A program made the translations under genes and the position numbers. A stretch of 64,000 nucleotides of DNA, from assembly GCA_965219455.1 (NCBI GenBank), contig OZ244744.1:1408001-1472000 (forward strand), read 5' to 3'. This document shows positions 1-10,600 of this stretch, in pieces (position 1 is the stretch's first letter; the number at the start of each line of letters is the position of its first letter). The DNA comes from Candidatus Latescibacterota bacterium (lineage in GTDB: Bacteria > Latescibacterota > UBA2968 > GCA-2709665). The notes under the pieces were generated by a model. That model was not told the DNA's origin. It made no database searches and was given only the letters and a program-made list of their open reading frames with translations.

Positions 1-189
1 AACCTGTCGGCTCGACTTGACAAGGTGGAGCACATTCACACACGCGTCGACGGCTTGCGGATCCTGACCAGCGACAACGACAATTGGAGGGTGGAGCGGA
101 CATTCCTGTCTGCTCACATACATCAATCCGAAACCTCAGAATCACGTGTCCGGGCACGCCGCCCCATCAACCGCAATCACGACCAATAA
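1..189 (+). CDS. Possible 3' end of a gene truncated by the window edge (function unknown)
   Basis: Frame 1 is open from base 1 (NLSARLDKVEHIHTRVDGLRILTSD...) to TAA at 187-189, 12 nt before the next ATG. Confidence 0.35.
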   Translation, partial: NLSARLDKVEHIHTRVDGLRILTSDNDNWRVERTFLSAHIHQSETSESRVRARRPINRNHDQ

Positions 190-201
190 CACAAAATCCC
201 A

Positions 202-483
202 ATGGAAAACTCTCAGATCCAACTCGACGGAGATCCGCGCAAGCTGGCCAGGGCGATCTACCGTGCCGCGCAGGAATCCTACCTGGAAAAACATGGTCAC
301 CTGTCCGGCTGGGACGATATGAGAGCCGACCTGGAGGCCGAAATCCCGGGGCTCGCCAAACAGATGGCCGAAGCCCTGGACCGCCGCGCGCGGGACGTCT
401 ACCTCATCAACGCCCTGGAAGTAATGGCCCTCTCGTTTGCGCGAAGCGAGTTGAGAAAGGCTTCGAATCGACCGGAGAGATAG
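202..483 (+). CDS. Hypothetical 93-aa helical protein
   Basis: ATG start, GC-rich third codon positions, and a degenerate paralogous copy of its C-terminus at 1259-1369, which supports coding status. Confidence 0.7.
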   Translation: MENSQIQLDGDPRKLARAIYRAAQESYLEKHGHLSGWDDMRADLEAEIPGLAKQMAEALDRRARDVYLINALEVMALSFARSELRKASNRPER

Positions 484-652
484 GGTCGCGAAAGGCCGCA
501 TCCTCTCTCCATCCGTGCAAGCGCGTGAGCGGCGGCGCCAGCGCCCCGACCCGGCTCCTTTCCCCTGGATGCGTGCGAATCGGAATCCAGCTCTTGACTA
601 ATCGGACGGGGAGGCGTGAACGGATCCGGAAAGGCCGTCAAAAGCGTTTGCC

Positions 653-681
653 TTGACAATGGGTTCCCATCTGTTTATTAT
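653..681 (+). promoter_or_regulatory. Sigma70-type promoter
   Basis: TTGACA (653-658), 17-nt spacer, TATTAT (676-681), upstream of ORF 786. Confidence 0.65.
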
Positions 682-785
682 GAACATGCATATTGAACAG
701 TCGGTTTGGCAAGGCGATCAGGACTTCGCGGCGGTCGACGGCCTTATTGAAATGAAGACGCCCAAACGCAGACAGGAGTCCAATA

Positions 786-1076
786 ATGGCAGAAAGGTCC
801 GAACCGCAATCGGACACGGCGGGAGCGATGGATAATACGCACTGGGGGGTTGCGTATCTGCGCGAAGACCTGCAGGACCTGCGCCTTCAGATGCGCGAAG
901 ATATCAAAGATCTGCGCGAGCAGGTCGCGGAGACCAGCCGGTCCTTGGGGCAGCGCATTGACGAGACCAATAAACGCATCGATCAGACCAATGGACGAAT
1001 TGACTCCCGTTTTGCCTGGCTCATTACAACGATGTTGGCACTGACGGGCATTCTCATCGCCGTGATCAAGCTATGA
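786..1076 (+). CDS. Small coiled-coil protein with C-terminal transmembrane helix (CCDC90/DUF1640-like)
   Basis: AGGAG RBS; heptad-like LREDLQDLR..RIDETNKRIDQTNGRIDSRF followed by hydrophobic WLITTMLALTGILIAVIKL. Confidence 0.8.
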   Translation: MAERSEPQSDTAGAMDNTHWGVAYLREDLQDLRLQMREDIKDLREQVAETSRSLGQRIDETNKRIDQTNGRIDSRFAWLITTMLALTGILIAVIKL

Positions 1077-1258
1077 GACCTGTTCATACAGGATGTGTCT
1101 GACCGTTCTGCCTGTCGGGATATGCCGGGCCTGTATCCTTCTCGACGAAGTCGGCTAACTCCCCTTGAACAACACGACGCCACCCTCCTCTTCCAGGACG
1201 TCTCCAAACGACGAGAACGGCAACCCTATCATCCTCGCCTCTCTGCCAGTGTCCGCAG

Positions 1259-1369
1259 AACCGCCACGCGCGCGACGCCTACCTCTACCTCACCAATGCC
1301 TTCGGATTCCTGGCGCTCTCCTACGCCCGACGTGATTTGAAAAAGGATTCAGATCGACTGCGGAGATAT
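1259..1369 (+). pseudogene. Remnant paralog of the C-terminus of ORF 202-483
   Basis: Translates NRHARDAYLYLTNAFGFLALSYARRDLKKDSDRLRR versus DRRARDVYLINALEVMALSFARSELRKASNRPER. Contains a TACCTC duplication, and the stop TAG has become TAT. Confidence 0.65.
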
Positions 1370-1399
1370 GCCAGCATGGGACTACCTGCGACCGGCGGG

Positions 1400-1537
1400 T
1401 CAGCCGCTGTTTTTCCTTCCCAACACGGCCTTGACCATTCGCCAGACCAGGCCGGCGCCGACCACCAGTACGAGCACGGCGGAAATCAGCAGAACCATTC
1501 GAACGAGAAGCGGAAGATCATCGAAGAAGGGGAACAT
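1400..1537 (-). CDS. Small single-pass membrane protein (start uncertain; ORF extends to 1621)
   Basis: MFPFFDDLPLLVRMVLLISAVLVLVVGAGLVWRMVKAVLGRKNSG: one TM helix with a basic tail. Confidence 0.5.
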   Translation of the reverse strand: MFPFFDDLPLLVRMVLLISAVLVLVVGAGLVWRMVKAVLGRKNSG

Positions 1538-1648
1538 ATCTAACGGGGCGACCGCGCGGTCGCGAGTGAAGCGATGGATTCGTACGACCCGATCCTCGGA
1601 CCGGTCGAACATGCGAGACAATTGCCATCGCGCGATGGAGGTAATTCA

Positions 1649-2395
1649 ATGTCCCACGCCACCGTGCTTGTTGCGGGTCGTGCGGATGACAACTGCCTGA
1701 CGCGGGTTGTCGACGCGCTTCGGGATCGGGGCGTCGCCGTAGAAGCCGGCGTCCTGAATGGCCATCCGGCCCTTGAAGACGCGCTGGCGGCGTGCGTTGA
1801 GGGCTGCGCGGACCGGATTGCGATCCTGCCCTGTATCTTTCAGGTAGACGACCAGGTCTTGCAACGCATCCGACAACGCGCGGATGGATTCCGAAAGGAC
1901 CATCCGGGTCTCGATATCCACATCGCGCCGTCCATCGGCTTCGACCCCAGGCTCGTTGATATCGCAGACGATTATATCGCCAGAACATATTCGGCAATGG
2001 ACGGCAACACGGCGGCGGCGATACTGAAAATCGAGGGATGCATCTCGAATCCAATAGACTTCACGTATGCGGATCTCGAAATGATTCCGGACCCGATCGA
2101 CGATATCGGCCGCCTTCTTCCGGGACGCCGCGGATCCGCGTTAACCGTTGCCGCGCTCTTGAAGGACGTGAACATCGACGCCAGCGCGGGCCATGCAGTT
2201 TTTCATTCGGCAGAAGACGGCTTTTTCGCACGGGTTCCACTCGAGAAGGCCCTGGTCAACGGCGTCCTCGTTTACCGGATGGACGGCCATCCGTTGCCGG
2301 AACGCATGGGCGGTCCGCTGCGGCTTTTCGTTCCTGAAACCGACGACAGGTGCGCGAACGTCAAAAACGTGGTCCGTATCGAGTTAATCAGGTAA
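1649..2395 (+). CDS. CbiX/SirB-like chelatase-fold domain fused to a molybdopterin-oxidoreductase-like (Oxidored_molyb) domain
   Basis: GGAGGT RBS before ATG 1649. N-half PALEDALAAC..RIAILPCIF..HPGLDIHIAPSIGFDPRLVDI is CbiX-like; C-half LVYRMDGHPLPERMGGPLRLFVP..NVKNVVRIEL is Oxidored_molyb-like. Confidence 0.75.
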   Translation: MSHATVLVAGRADDNCLTRVVDALRDRGVAVEAGVLNGHPALEDALAACVEGCADRIAILPCIFQVDDQVLQRIRQRADGFRKDHPGLDIHIAPSIGFDPRLVDIADDYIARTYSAMDGNTAAAILKIEGCISNPIDFTYADLEMIPDPIDDIGRLLPGRRGSALTVAALLKDVNIDASAGHAVFHSAEDGFFARVPLEKALVNGVLVYRMDGHPLPERMGGPLRLFVPETDDRCANVKNVVRIELIR

Positions 2396-2462
2396 AGCCG
2401 CTTGTGGCCGGATTGAACCCGGTTCTGGCCGTACGCCAACGAATCCTCCGGTTTCCTTAGCA

Positions 2463-2580
2463 GGGGCTTGACTCGGAATCCGAAATCGGGTAACATTCCA
2501 TGAACCAGGACGCGGGCCTCTGTCGCGCACTCCGCTTGCCAAACCCTCCCGGCCGGCGGAAATACGGATAGAGGCCCGAA
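2463..2580 (+). ncRNA. Candidate promoter + hairpin sRNA, copy 1 of a ~120-bp direct repeat
   Basis: TTGACT(2468)-17-TAACAT(2491), then stem CGGGCCTCTGTC(2513-24)/GATAGAGGCCCG(2567-78) with inner TCCGCT/GGCGGA and a CCCTCCC loop. Near-identical copy at 6781-6900; no convincing ORF follows. Confidence 0.5.
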
Positions 2581-2648
2581 TCATATTAAGTGCGCGATGT
2601 CCCCGCGGTTGCGCGCTGTCTTTAGAAGGGCGATCTGACTTCAGTGGC

Positions 2649-5600
2649 TTAACTCTTGCCGAACGCGTTGGCGAATATTACAAAATCACCGAAGCCGATG
2701 GCGCCATTCTCGTCCAGGTCGTACTTCGCGTCATATCCCGCATCGCCTTCGCGCAGGCCGAACCGTTGCGCGAACAGCACAAAGTCGGCAAAGCCGACGC
2801 TACCGTCGTCATTGAAGTCGGGACCGGTCGTCTTGGGTGGAACCGTCGGTGGAACCGCCGACGCGATATCCCACATCAGCACTGAGCCATCCCGTGATCC
2901 TGAAACCAGCGTGCCGCCATCCGGCGAGAACGCCACCGAATAGACCCATCCACTGTGGCCTTCGAGCGTGGCGACGTCGGTACCCGTGGCCACGTCCCAC
3001 AGCTTGACCGTGTTGTCGCTCGACCCGGCGGCCAGCGTGCTCCCATCCGGCGAGAACGCCACTGAGCCCACTCCGCCCGTGTGCCCGTGGCCTTCGAGCG
3101 TGGCGACGTCGGTACCCGTAGCCACGTTCCACAGCTTAACCGTGCCAAGCCTGAACCCCGAGGCCAGCGTGCTTCCATCCGGCGAGAATGCCACCGAATA
3201 GACCCGGCCACTACGCCCTTCGAGAATGTCGACCTCGGTTCGCGTGGCCACGTCCCATAACCGGACCGTGCCGTCCTGCGACCCCGACGCCAGCGTGCTC
3301 CCATCCGACGAGAACGCCACCGAATAGACCCAGCCACTATGTCCTTCGAGAGCGGAGACCTCGGTTTGCGTGGCCGCGTCCCATAACCGGACCGTGCCAT
3401 CCTGCGACCCCGTGGCCAGTACGCCGCCATCTGACGCAAACGCCATCGACGATAGAGACGTGTGCCCATAGACGGCCCCGGCATTGCCCGTCTCCATATC
3501 CCTTACGATGACCGTGCCGTCCGCTGCCCCGGTGGCAAGAAGAGAGCCATTGCGCGAGATCGTTACCGAATAGACTCCATCCGCATGCTCTTCCAGGGTG
3601 TTGATCAGTTCTCGCGTGGCCACGTCCCACAGCTTGACCGTGCGGTCGCCCGATCCGGAGGCCAGCGTGCTCCCATTCTGCGAAAACACCACCGAATTGA
3701 CCCCATCCGTATGCCCCTCAAGAGTGGCAATCTCGGTTCGCGCGGCCACGTTCCACAGTTTTACCGTTCGGTCGTTCGAACCGGAGGCCAGCGTGCTCCC
3801 GTTTTGTGAAAACACCACCGAATTGACCCCATCCGTATGCCCCTCGAGAGTTTCGACCTCGGATCGAGCGGCCACGTCCCAGAGTTTAACCGTATGGTCG
3901 CTCGATCCCGAAGCCAGCCGGCCGCCGTCCGGAGAAAATGCCACCGAAGTGACCCCAATCGTGTGCCGCCGCAATGTGGCGACTTCTGTTTGCGTGGCCA
4001 CGTCCCACAGCTTGACCGCGGCATCCTCCGCACCGGAGGCGAGCGTGGCACCGTCCGTCGAAAACACCACCGAGTTGACCCGATCCGCATGACCCTTCAG
4101 GCTGGCGACCCGTGCGCCAAACTCAACATTCCATAATTCAACGTGGCCATTGTTCAACCCCGCCGCGAGGGTGCCCTGCCCTGAAAACGCCACTGAATGG
4201 ACACGAGCGGGACTTGGCAGCAGAGCGGAGGCACGGGAGGTGCTCACTTCATACAACCAGACACCGATCCCGCTGGCCACGGCCAGCGTTCGTCCATCCG
4301 GCGAAAGGGCTACCGCACGGTCGCTCTGGCCAATGGCTCCTTTGCCCAGGCGCGCCGTCGCCCTCTCGGGCAGCCGCCATTTCCGGTAGTCCCCGTCCGA
4401 CACGACCACGGGGGTTCCCACGCCTTCTGCGGAAAAGGTCGCCAACTCACGACCGCCGATCGTTACCACCACGGTGTTTGTGCCCGCCCGGGCGCCCAGC
4501 GTCAGGGTGGTGGCTGCGAGGCCACCCGCATCCGTCCGCGTATGCTGGACCGTGAACCTCCCGCCGAGTTTGCCGTCGCCGGAGATGACCTCCACACCGA
4601 AGGGCCGGAGACCCGGCCACTCAGACAGTTCCCACAGCAGCACCGTGCCATCCTCCGACCCCGTGGCCAACGTGGCCCAATCCGGCGAAAACACAACCGA
4701 ACGGACGTCGCCGTTATGACCCTCCAGCGTCGCGACCTCGATTCGCGCGTGCACGTCCCACACCTTGATTGTGTTGTCGTGCGACCCGGAGGCCAGCCTG
4801 CTGCCGTCCTTCGAAAACGCCAGGGATCCGATGCCCCTCGAATGTCCTTTGAGGGTGGTGACCTGGGTTTGCAAGGCCAGGTCCCATATCCTTACCGTGC
4901 CATCCTCCGAACCGGAGGCCAACGTGCCTCCATCCGGTGAAAATACCACCGAAGTGACACCCCCTCTATGCCCTTCAAAGGTGGCGACCGCCCTTCGCCT
5001 GGCGACGTCCCACAGCAGCACCGTGCCATCCTCCGACGCGGTGGCCAGCGCGACCCCATCCTGTGAAAACACGACCGAAGTGACACCGCCCGCGTGACCT
5101 TCAAGGGTGGCTGCCGCCGATCGCGAAGCCACGTCCCACAGCAGCACGGTGCTATCCTCTGACGCGGTAGCCAGCGTGTCCCCTTCCGGCGAAAACACCA
5201 TCGACGTGACGCTTCCTCTATGGCCATGGAGGTTACCGACCTGTATTCGCGCGTTTACGTCCCACAGATTTACCACGCCCCCCGCAGATCCGGAGGCCAG
5301 CGTGTCACCATCCGACGAAAACACCACCGAATTGACCGCAGATTTATGACCGCCAAATGCGACGTAATATCCTGTCTCTACGTCCCAGAGCCTCGCCGTG
5401 CCATCCTTTGACGCGGTGGCCAGCGTGCCGCCGTCCTTCGAAAACACCACCGACGTGACGCTACCCGTAGGCCCTTCGAGGGTGTCGACCACCCAACGCC
5501 TGGCGACGTTCCACAGCAACACGTTGCCATCCTCCGACGCTGTGACCAGTGTGTCCGCATCCGGTGAAAACGCTACCAGAGTGAGACTGCCCGTATCACC

Positions 5601-6550
5601 CTTAACAGCCCGTTGAAAAAGTCCATCCGGGCTGCGTCCGGCTCTTGTGGCCGAATTACTGCGTTGCACTCCCTCCCCGAATCCCCCGATTCGACGCGGT
5701 CGTGCGTCTTGTCTTCGGCCACAATAACTCGGCCTCGCCTGCAGAGCGACTTTATCAACGGACTGTTAAGGGTGTCTGCCTCCGATGGGGAGGCGACGTC
5801 CTATAGCAACACCGTGCTATCCCCCGACACGGTGGCCAGAGTGCCGCCGTCTTGCGAAAACGACAGCGAAGTGACATCATCAGCAAGCCCTTCGAGCGTG
5901 CCGGCCTGCGTTCGCGTGCTCACGTCCCAAAGCAACACGGTGCCATCCTCCGATGCGGTGGCCAGCGTGCCGCCATCCGGCGAAAACACGACCGAATTGA
6001 CATTATCCGAATGACCTTCGAGGGTGGCCGTCTGTGATCTCGACGCCGCGTCCCACAACTGCACCGCGCCATCCTCCGACGCGGCCGCCAGCATGTCCCC
6101 CTCCGGCGAAAACACCACCGAAGTGACTCTACCCGCTGATACATCGAGAGTGGCTGCCTCTGATCGCGTTACCACGTCCCACAGTAATACCGTGCCGTCC
6201 TCTGAAACCGTGGCCAGCGTACCCCCATCCGGCGAAAACGACACCGAATTGACCCGGCCCGAACTCGGCAAAAGCGCCAGGGTACGGGCCGTGGCCCCGT
6301 CGTACAGCCACACGCCGATGCCGCTGGCCACGGCCAGCGTCCGCCCGTCAGACGAAAGAGCCACCGCCCGGTTTCCCGATCCGATAGCTCCCTTTCCCAG
6401 GCGCGCAGTCGCGCCGTCGGGCAGATGCCACGTCGGGGGGGCCTCTTCCAACACGCCCACGCCGGCGCCAGACACTGAAATGCCGCAAAACAGCGCGATG
6501 AGCGCCAGCATCGACACCGCCGTTTTCTTGTCGAAGATTTCGTTCGCCAT
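2649..6550 (-). pseudogene. Secreted multi-propeller WD40-repeat protein with C-terminal dockerin/EF-hand-like domain; disrupted (reconstructs to ~1245 aa)
   Basis: AAGGAG RBS, signal peptide MANEIF..ALFCGISVSGA, many GH..V.SV.FSPDG.TLASGS.D.TV.LWD repeats, and C-terminal DFNDDGSVGFADF..YDLDENGAIGFGDF. TAG replaces the Trp codon at 5801-5803 (VLL*DVAS). Removing the 164-bp MITE insertion restores the frame (TL|KGDTGS). Confidence 0.9.
5606..5765. mobile_element. 160-bp MITE (family 1) with TTAA (or TA) target duplication
   Basis: TIRs CAGCCCGTTGAAAAAGTC / GACTTTATCAACGGACTG, TTAA at 5602-5605 and 5766-5769; clean excision restores the WD40 frame; related end at 48733. Confidence 0.9.
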
Positions 6551-6780
6551 GCCGCACTCCTTTACTGTTGCCATCCTGGAAGACACCTCCACATCCATCG
6601 ACCGCTTTGGGAAATTGTAGTCAGATGGCGGTGTCATGCGCAGCGCTGAATATGTATCAAACCTGCCAGCGTCGCAATAATATACGCGAAATATCAGTAA
6701 GATTGCGGTCTTTTTTCGTAGAATACGCTGGCGTTTTGCATTTGGAATCCTGAGCGCGTGGTGTCATTTGCCGAACGATA

Positions 6781-6900
6781 GGGGCTTGACACGCAATCGG
6801 AAATCGGATAACATAAATTGAAACAGGACGCGGGCCTCTGTCGCGTACTCCGCTTGCAAAACCCTCCCGGCCGGCGGAAATACGGATAGAGGCCCGAATT
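6781..6900 (+). ncRNA. Candidate promoter + hairpin sRNA, copy 2
   Basis: TTGACA(6786)-17-TAACAT(6809), same hairpin as 2513-2578, followed by a small hairpin CGCAGG-GAA-CCTGCG (~6910-6926). Confidence 0.5.
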
Positions 6901-7230
6901 ACGTGTTAACGCAGGGAACCCTGCGCTCACATCAAGCTCTCAAATCCGCAACGCGGTCGCCCGGCTTGCGGCGGATGTTCTTCACGGTGGAGCGTAACGG
7001 ACGCCGAAACCGCCCTATACCGGGCAGGCACCTCACATCCAGGTCACTTCAAGGACAATCGGCGGGCGTATCCTTGCCCCATGATCGAACAATGCCGAGG
7101 CAGGCTTCGCGGAACACTCACCGCACTCAGCAACGGTAAAATCCATCCAGGATTGTGCCGAACTTGAAAACTTGCGCCAAGTTTGTAAATTAATCCGTAA
7201 AAAGTAGATAAATATGTAAATTTTAAATAG

Positions 7231-7259
7231 TTGAATATTGTTTGACTAATGGTTATATT
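7231..7259 (+). promoter_or_regulatory. Putative sigma70 promoter of the surface-protein cluster
   Basis: TTGAAT-17-TATATT inside a strongly AT-rich tract (7180-7262). Confidence 0.5.
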
Positions 7260-7274
7260 ATGGTTGAAGCATCT

Positions 7275-7400
7275 CGCAAGCCGAACGAAACAGTTCTGTA
7301 ACGCAGCGTTCCAGGCCTAGCCCGGCCGCATGCAAAAACCGTCGGTTTCCCTGACCTGCCAGAGTCGAAAACCGACGGTTATCCAGGAAGGCGCGCAACC
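7275..7400 (+). promoter_or_regulatory. Structured 5' leader, weakly resembling a c-di-GMP-I (GEMM) riboswitch
   Basis: GCAAGCCGAAC-GAAA-CAGTTC..ACGCAGCGTTCCAGGCCTAG followed by a perfect 12-bp stem AACCGTCGGTTT/AAACCGACGGTT. It deviates from the GEMM consensus. Confidence 0.25.
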
Positions 7401-7639
7401 CTTTTGTCCCCTGGCACTATTGCGCCGTGAGACGGAATGCGGCCCTCATTTTGAAATATAGAGAACCTGTCTCGTTTTGTCAAATGCCGCGATCCGGAAT
7501 CGAGCGCGTCGAGACGCGAACCGGATTATCGAATTCCTCGTCGCACCTGGCCGCGACGACGTCTTACCGCGGCGCCGGAACATCGTTGGCCTGTTGCGAG
7601 TTGGTCAAGACTGCCAATCGGAAGGGAAGGAAGGACATC

Positions 7640-10600
7640 ATGTCCAGGTTTTTCGTTGTACCAATCCTGCTCACGTTTGTCGTCTTGACCAACGCCGAAG
7701 CGCAGCAGACGCCCATCCTTCTGGTGTCCAACATCGATAAAACCCGGAATACCGGTCCCGGCTCCCGCCTTGTCGCAGGCGAATCGATGGTCGCAATCGG
7801 TTTTGGTACCGGCGACGACAATGGCGGCTACGCGCTTACCGGGCTCGACGTCAAATTCCATCAGGACCAGGGGACCGGGGAAGAAGTCCGGATCGAGCTC
7901 TGGTCGTCCGGTTATCCGAGGAGCAACGGGAATCGACCCTACGAAAAGCTCGTGGTCTTTGACAATCCGGACCGCATCACCGAAGGCGACAACGCGTTTA
8001 CACTGCCACAGCCTTTTTATCTGAACGACGGTTGGACCTATTTCATCGTCGGCAGAGCACCCGAATACAGACCCGGCGACGAGAGCACGCAGTGGTGGTT
8101 CGCCACCACGGACTCGGACGCACAGAGCGACCGCATCGATAACGACTGGTGGATCGGAGACAACACGTTCCGATACGCCGGTTCAGGGGCCTGGCCGGAC
8201 CGCGTTACCACGCTCAGCAGAGTCCCGATGATCGCGATCAAAGGCTACGAGCTCGACCGTCTGGTCTACAACACCGGCGAGAGCACGGACGGATACCACG
8301 TCGTGGGAGGCAACTGGCTGGCGCAGGTCTTCACCACGGGCCACGACAACGAAGGCTACGACCTGCACAGCATCGCCTTGGCGTTGGAAGAGGATTCGGG
8401 CCGGGGTCTTCCCACCGACGGCGATCACCTGACCGCGTCTCTGTACACGACCAGAACGGCCGGCTCCGAACGGCATCCGGACCGCAAGCTGTTCGACTTC
8501 GTGAGTCCCCCCGTATTCAGGGAAGGCATAGACAACGAGTTCGTCGCGCCGCAAGGATCGACGCTCGAGCGGGACACGCGATACGCCTTCGTCCTGCGCC
8601 GGAGTACCGGCGCGTGGGCCTACGTCCGGCGCACCCGCGGCGACGACGAGGACGGCCAGGACGAATGGTGGATCAGAAACGAGGTCTACAAATCCACGGA
8701 CGGCGCGGCGTGGAACCCGGATACCCGGGCGCTGAAGATGAGGCTCTACGGCAAGAGGCGCTCCGAAGAGATACCAGGGCAGGTCCTCGATATCGGCGCC
8801 GACCGCACGGAGCGCGAGGGGAGCAATTTCGACGTCCCGGTGACGTTGTCGGAAACGAGCGCGCAGGCAGTGTCCGTCTCCTTCCGGGGCACGGGAGGAA
8901 CCGCCGCCGGGAGCGACTACAGTCATCATGGACAGCCGATGGTAACGATCGAGGCCGGACAGACGACGGCATGGATCAACTTCGACGTCACCAACGACGA
9001 TGCACAGGAGGACGAGGAGTACTTTTTTCTGGAGCTCCACAGCCCGACCCATGCGGTCATCGGGCGCGCCCGGGCACGGATCACCATACCCGCGAACGAC
9101 GAACCGCCGGACGACGCCGGCGCCCCGTTCGGAACGCCGGCGAATCTGACGGCGACGTTGGGTAACGCGGCGGCAACGCTGAGCTGGCGCGCGCCGGCGG
9201 CAACGGCCGACGTCAGGCGCCACGAGTACCGCTACAGGACGGGGGGGAGCTATCCCTCAACGTGGACGCCGATTGAAGACAGTGCGCCCGGCGGCGCCAA
9301 CGCGGCGGGCGTGACGGTGACGGGGCTGCGCGCAGGCGTGGCGTATACCTTCCAGGTAAGGGCCGTGAGCACGGGGGGGGAAACGAGCGACGCGGCGACG
9401 GCGGCAACCCTGCCCGTCTGCAGCCGCACCTCCAGGGTGCGCAACGCGATTCTCGCCAGGCTGCCCGGGATCAATAACTGCGCTGACGTCACCGCCTACA
9501 ACCTCCGGAACATCGATGGCGAGATGAATCTCCACGGCAGGGGCATCACGTCCCTCAAGGCCGGGGACTTCTCCGGGTTGAACGGGCTGGAATTCCTGAC
9601 GCTGTCCGGGAACAGACTGAGCACGCTCCCGGCCGGCGTGTTCGACGGCCTTTCCGCCGTGCGCGAGCTTTCCCTGCAGACCAACGACCTGAGTTCCCTG
9701 CCCGACGGCGCCTTCAGAGGCCTCACCGGGCCGCTGTGGATCAAGCTGTCCGGGAACGAATTCACCGCGTTTCCAGGTGAGGCGCTGGACGACCTGGGCT
9801 CCAACCTTACGGGCCTGTACCTGGGGTTCAACGACCTCAGCTCACTGCCGAACGACGCCTTCGAAGATTTCAAGCGGCTGAGGACCATCGACCTGGAGAA
9901 CAACGACCTGACCTCGCTGCCCGACGGCATCTTCGACGACGTCGGCACCCTGGAATACCTGTACCTCGGCAGCAACGACCTGACGTCCCTGCCCGGCGGC
10001 GTCTTCGACGACCTCCGCGGCCTCCTGCATCTGTATCTCACGAACAACGAGCTGACCGCCGTGCTCGTTGGCGCGTTCGACCGTCTCGCCGCTCTGCAAG
10101 ACCTGGACCTGGGCGACAACGACCTTACGTCCCTGCCCGACGGCGTCTTCGACGGTACGCGGGACCTGAAGAGGTTGAACCTGAAAGGCAACAAGCTGAC
10201 CGCCCTTCCCGAGGGTGCGTTCGAGGGCCTCTCGAAGCTGACCCGGGTGCATCTGGACGGCGTCACCCTGATCCCCGGGCTGCTGCTGGAGGGCGGGGGC
10301 GTCGCGGTGAGGGTCGCGGAAGGCGCGCCCTTTCCCATGAACGTGACGCTGTCGGCGGAGGGCGCCAATCTGGCAAGTACGGCGGCAACCATCCCGGCCG
10401 GCGCCACGACCAGCGGGGCGATCGCCGTGACGCTGCGCGGCGGCAGGTCGGCGCGGGGCACGATCACCGTGGCGTCAGCCACCTTCCAACGCGACCCGGA
10501 CGACTACGAGGGCCTCGACATCCGCACCGGCGCCGGCCTGATCCTCACGCGGGGATCGGAGGGACTGCAAGGGGAGGCGGTTCCCGCGCCGGAACCCCCG

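Noticed and set aside
2500-2571. 23-aa peptide MNQDAGLC..RKYG inside the duplicated hairpin
   Set aside because: No RBS, the start lies too close to the -10 box, copy 2 has TTG, and differences between copies are non-synonymous.
2463-2580. Hairpin as SRP RNA, 6S RNA or tRNA
   Set aside because: Lacks the SRP CAGG..GGAA..AGCAG motif, is too short for 6S, and has no cloverleaf or TTCGA arm.
7427-7639. Longest-ORF N-terminal extensions (also 1574, 12761, 46031, 55722, 56698, 63308)
   Set aside because: Downstream ATGs with RBS, signal peptide or family N-terminus are better starts.
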